Made by a program: the position numbers and the translations under genes. Of a stretch of DNA of 64,000 nt, positions 60,155-64,000 are shown one piece after another; positions within the stretch are counted from its first letter, which is position 1, and each line of letters opens with the position of its first letter. The stretch comes from Phaeosaccion multiseriatum (taxonomy: Eukaryota > Protista > Ochrophyta, other classes). The notes under the pieces were generated by a model. That model saw only the letters and a program-made list of their open reading frames with translations. It was not told where the DNA came from and made no database searches. Where the stretch lies: contig OZ218956.1 of the NCBI GenBank assembly GCA_965112735.1, positions 1,054,001 through 1,118,000 on the forward strand, read 5' to 3'.

Positions 60155-61552
60155 CTATCTTCTTGGTTCCTGGTTCTGGCCGGCGCCAGCCGGCCTGGCA
60201 GGTTCCAGGTTCTGGGGGAAAGCCATGTAATAAGGCAATGATGAGGGCCTCAAGGGGGGGGGCGCATGGGCGCGCGCGCCCACCCGCCCCCTGGATTGCT
60301 CGTCTCCCCCGGCCGCCGCCCCTGCCCGAAAACGTGCTTTCGAGACTATCGACTCGCAAACTCGCTCTTCTCGAAGACGATAATACACAAGCGTTTCCGC
60401 GTATTTGCAAACTATGGAAAGAGCGTTTGCAAAGTCATCATCCGCAATCGTCATAGCAACTCGGATGTGACCTGCAGCGGCCATCCCAAAGCTTTCCCCG
60501 GGCATCACGGCGACGTGATGCTCTTCCAACAGACCATTGGCAAAGCCTTCACCAGACAGCCCCGTGGCACGGACATCTAGCATCAGATACATCGCCCCCT
60601 GTGCGGGCACCAAAGACAGGGCCGTTTGCCCCGACAAGATCTGATGAGCTATCGCCCGTCTGCGCCGAAATGGAGCCGCCACCTCTGCTTCAAACTCGGC
60701 CCCTTGATGCAAGGCAAAAACAGATGCGTCCTGGATATAGCCTGGCACGCCGTAGTTGGTGTTGGTTGCCAGATTGGTTAAAGCCTCAATCGCAAGCTCT
60801 GGTCCCACGATCCAGCCGCACCGCGATCCGGTCATGGCATGGGACTTTGACATGGACCCAACCACCAGCGTGCGCTCTGCCATACCGGGCAGCGCGCGGG
60901 GACTGAAATGATTTCCTTCCCAGACTTGACTGTCATAAACCTCATCCGAGATAAGCCAAAGGTCATGAGCCAGACAAACCTCGGCTATACCCTCCAGCGT
61001 GTCCCTACGATAGACTATGCCCGTTGGATTGTTGGGCGAATTGATCAAAAGCGATCTCGCGCTCGGCGCGTGAGCTGCGATGTCGGACGCCCGCGGTTGA
61101 AAAGCATCTTCAGGACGGGTTTGCACCGCGATAGGAACCACGCCGGCACTCCGAATGGTGCCCGGGTAGGTGATGTAACAAGGATCAATGTAGAGCGCTG
61201 CGTCCCCTGGATCGCAAAGCGCCATGTGGCCCGCGAAAAGGCCTGCCTGACAACCTGGTGTGATGAGCACATTTGCAGGGCCCGTGGCGACGCCGGTTCT
61301 TGCTGTCATCCGACGCGCCACAGTTTCGCGCAAAGCATCAGTGCCTGGAACAGCCGCATAGCCCGTATGGCCTCCCATAGCCTGCGCATGCATATGCTGT
61401 AAAATGGGGGCAGCCGTCCGAATATCATGCTCGCCTATGGTCAACTCGGTGACAGCGATGCCAGCCTTACGCATCTCGCGTGCCCGGTAAAACACCTCCC
61501 ATCCGTCTGATCCCCCTGAGAGTATGTGACGAATGCGGCGGCTTAAAGACAT
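60155..61552 (-). CDS. Intronless class I/II PLP-dependent aminotransferase of alphaproteobacterial (Rhodobacteraceae-like, AruH-related) type with a non-homologous C-terminal extension
   Basis: MSLSRRI...GGSDGWEV, LTIGEHD, GHTGY, LLINSPNNPTG, LISDEVY, PLP-lysine motif GSMSKSHAMTGSRCGW, VAVMPGESFG, GHIRVA. The ~388-aa core ends near 60389. Confidence 0.9.
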   Translation of the reverse strand: MSLSRRIRHILSGGSDGWEVFYRAREMRKAGIAVTELTIGEHDIRTAAPILQHMHAQAMGGHTGYAAVPGTDALRETVARRMTARTGVATGPANVLITPGCQAGLFAGHMALCDPGDAALYIDPCYITYPGTIRSAGVVPIAVQTRPEDAFQPRASDIAAHAPSARSLLINSPNNPTGIVYRRDTLEGIAEVCLAHDLWLISDEVYDSQVWEGNHFSPRALPGMAERTLVVGSMSKSHAMTGSRCGWIVGPELAIEALTNLATNTNYGVPGYIQDASVFALHQGAEFEAEVAAPFRRRRAIAHQILSGQTALSLVPAQGAMYLMLDVRATGLSGEGFANGLLEEHHVAVMPGESFGMAAAGHIRVAMTIADDDFANALSIVCKYAETLVYYRLREERVCESIVSKARFRAGAAAGGDEQSRGRVGARAHAPPPLRPSSLPYYMAFPQNLEPARPAGAGQNQEPRR

Positions 61553-62233
61553 TGGGGTAGTTAAAAAAATCTGAGGGAAGGAGTGAGGGAGGAGGAGGGA
61601 GGCAGGGAGGAGGAGCCGAGCGAGGAGGAGAGGAGGAAGCAAGATGGCCGCATTTCCCGCAGAAGAGGAGGAGAAAACTGGCTTTCCCCCCCAAAAAGAA
61701 TCAAGTCAATTTTATTTTTATTTTTTTTAAAAGGGGATTTCTCGAAAACCTCCGCGACGGGCTTTTCTTGAAAACCTCCTCGGACGGGCTTCTTTTCGTG
61801 GTTGACGTCAAGGGTACTTTTAAAAAGAAAACGACGACAAAATAGGTACCCCTGTTGACGTAGCTAAACACCTACAACTTGTAACAAGGATCGGCCCCCC
61901 GCGGGGCTTCTCGGGCCCCCCATTACCTTTGGCTGTGGTTAGTACAGAGGATGTGAAGGAGGAGGGTGATGCCGCCGGAGGAGCCGCCGGAAGAAGAAGT
62001 TTTCAACAAGCCGCCGGAGAGTCGTGTACCTTGCTTTTTGAAGCACGTGAATGGTTTGCAACACCAGGATGAAGCCAGTTACTACGCGCCCATTAGTGAG
62101 GAGGAGCGAGGAAGATGAAAGGGTCGGCGCGCTTTGACTTGATCACCCTTGTATTGACTGCAGGCAGGCAGGGGGCAAATTATTTTTTGTAGCTAAGATT
62201 CGGCTCCAGGAGACTGGCTTATTGCTTAGCAGA

Positions 62234-62369
62234 AGCCTAGGCCTAGAGACGAAATTCGGCCGGCCTAGGGGGGTTAGCGGCCCCCGGCCTAGGCCTAGCT
62301 AGAGGGGACCGCAGGCCCCCGGCCTAGGCCTATTTTTGGCGCAGCCCCCCCGGCCTAGCTAGGCCTAGA
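62234..62369. repeat. Cluster of palindromic (CC)GGCCTAGG(CCTAG) motifs
   Basis: GCCTAG is repeated many times in both orientations with intervening CCCCCGG. Confidence 0.75.
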
Positions 62370-62621
62370 TCGACCCTGGACAACAAGGTTACGGTGTGCG
62401 CCGGCCGTAATCATTAATCAGCCCCCAGCTGGCGCATAATCAGTAATCAGGCCGGCTGGTCACGGGCTGTAAGCAACCAGGCCGGCTGGCGCCGGCCATT
62501 TCCTCGGGCTGGCGCCATAATCAGTAATCAGGCGCCAGGCCGGCTGGCGCCGGTCATAATCAGTAATCAGGCTGGCTGCGCCGGCCGTAATCAGGAATCA
62601 GATAATCTTGTCCAGGGTCGA
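62370..62621. mobile_element. MITE-like element, family B
   Basis: 14-bp TIR TCGACCCTGGACAA...TTGTCCAGGGTCGA. Internal TAATCAG tandem repeats and GCCGGCTGGCGCCGG (reverse complement of the family A core). No target duplication is visible. Confidence 0.75.
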
Positions 62622-62945
62622 CTCCCTCCCTCGCTCCCGCCCTTCCTCCCTCCCTCCCTCCCTCCCTCCCTCCCTCCCTCCTTCCCTCCCTCCCTCCCTC
62701 CCTCCCTCCCTCCCTCCCTCCCTCCCTCCCTCCCTCCCTCCCTCCCTCCCTCCCTCCCTCCCTCCCTCCCTCCCTCCCTCCCTCCCTCCCTCCCTCCCTC
62801 CCTCCCTCCCTCCCTCCCTCCCTCCCTCCCTCCCTCCCTCCCTCCCTCCCTCCCTCCCTCCCTCCCTCCCTCCCTCCCTCCCTCCCTCCCTCCCTCCCTC
62901 CCTCCCTCCCCCCTCCCTCCTTCCTTCTATCCCTCCCTCCCTCCC
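62622..62945. repeat. Long (CCCT)n microsatellite
   Basis: About 320 bp of near-perfect tetranucleotide repeat starting right at the family B right TIR. Confidence 0.95.
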
Positions 62946-63193
62946 TCTCTATAGTTATCCTGCTGCCCCGGGGGGAAGAGAGAGGGGGGGGGATGCTGCT
63001 GCTCTCTTGTTAGAGGTGTGGGGAAGGGGGGAAAGGAGAGGGAATATTGAGGAGCCACAGGTAGGCCCAAATATTGCCCCAACCCCCGCTCCCTTTGCGG
63101 CTTTCTTTTTTTTTGCCCGTGGTCCATTCACTGCCATCTCTCCGTATCCTCTAGGTTACTTTTAGACACACAGAGAAGGCGCCAACCCTTTGA

Positions 63194-64000
63194 ATGGAGC
63201 CTTCCATGGGCCATGCGGGGAGGGAGGGCACTGTGTACACTATCGACGAGCTCCTTTTCTCGCATGTGGGCGTGGGGAAATATCAGGCAAGATAGGCAGA
63301 GGAAGGAAGGTGTGAGAGATCCACCTTTTTCAGTTGTTTTGTTCTTTCTCTCCCCCTCAGCTGTGGCTCCTTGTGGCATGTGGCTTGTCCTTTATGGCCG
63401 ACGCCTTCGAGGTAAAGTATACAGTGCTCGTTCCGCTCCCTCTCTCGTTCTCTCCCCCTCTCACTGCCCTCCTTGCCTGTTCTCTCTAGGTGACCCTGCT
63501 ATCGTACCTTTCTGTGTGCGCGGCCGATGGGTGGGGCCTCAGTAGCTCCGCGGAAAGCTCCATCACTGCCAGCGTCTTTTTCGGCGAGATGTTAGGTATA
63601 AAGTGATGTGCCTTGCGACCCCTTGTTCTGTGGGACGGCCGCCCCCCCCCCCTTACTGTTCCCTCCCTTCTCTTTCCCAACCACTCTTCCTTCTTTCCCC
63701 CCCATTGTGTGCTTCTCAGGGGCTCTGTGCTGGGGACCTTTCTCCGACCACTACGGACGGAAGCCTGCCTTCATCCTGGCGGCGTCCTTCATTCTCGTCT
63801 TTGGTCTCCTTTCAGCCACAGCGCCAAACGTGTAAGGATACGCCTTCTTATTTCTCCACTCCCTCTTCCTCTCCCTCTAGGCCCCTCTCTTTCCGTTAAG
63901 CGTTTTCTCATGGCCCAGGAAGGTCAGGCTACCTGGTCCTGTCCATGAATGTCAAGTAATGGCCTCGCTCAAGGGGCCACTTCTCATGTCTTTTCCCCGA
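63194..64000 (+). CDS. SVOP/SV2-related MFS transporter, paralog 2 (runs out of the window)
   Basis: MEPSMGHAGREGTVYTIDELLFSHVGVGKYQ with a GC donor, then LWLLVACGLSFMADAFE|VTLLSYL, SVFFGEMLG|ALCWGPFSDHYGRKP. Confidence 0.85.

Noticed and set aside
61553-61642. 30-aa signal-peptide-like extension of the aminotransferase in the ORF track
   Set aside because: It begins at a TTG in a low-complexity pyrimidine tract. The first ATG (61552) coincides with the bacterial-type N-terminus.
62608-63165. 185-aa Pro/Ser/Leu-rich ORF
   Set aside because: It is a translation of the (CCCT)n microsatellite.
1-64000. tRNA or rRNA genes
   Set aside because: None recognised by eye; tRNAscan-SE and Infernal were not run.

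Overview
Gene-dense, GC-rich, intron-containing eukaryotic nuclear DNA. It is most likely from a photosynthetic stramenopile (ochrophyte), inferred from a signal peptide plus twin-arginine plastid protein and from the gene families present. About 20 genes can be reconstructed. Roughly 53 kb (1-52921) is a physical cluster of 13 glycan-building or glycan-decorating genes, most with N-terminal signal peptides. They are: two paralogous DxD GT-A-like enzymes, two MycE/OleY-type sugar O-methyltransferases, a TylF/MycF-type sugar O-methyltransferase, a Methyltransf_24 enzyme, GT17, an FkbM methyltransferase, a methyltransferase-SGNH-sulfotransferase-like fusion, a GT47/RXYLT1-like GT, a DUF579 (GXM-type) methyltransferase, a ~1,900-aa GT2-like/GT-A/Ig/GT4/GT10 fusion and a GT4. 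Most genes lie in head-to-head pairs with 155-390 bp spacers. The right end holds two SVOP-like MFS transporter paralogs enclosing a D-2-hydroxyacid dehydrogenase and an intronless, alphaproteobacterial-looking PLP aminotransferase (probable horizontal transfer). A family of small TIR elements (TCRACCC...GGGTYGA ends, apparent 6-bp target duplications, mostly with a CCGGCGCCAGCCGGC core) is scattered through the window; one supplies a gene's stop codon. All exon structures and family calls were made by eye, and no database searches were run.
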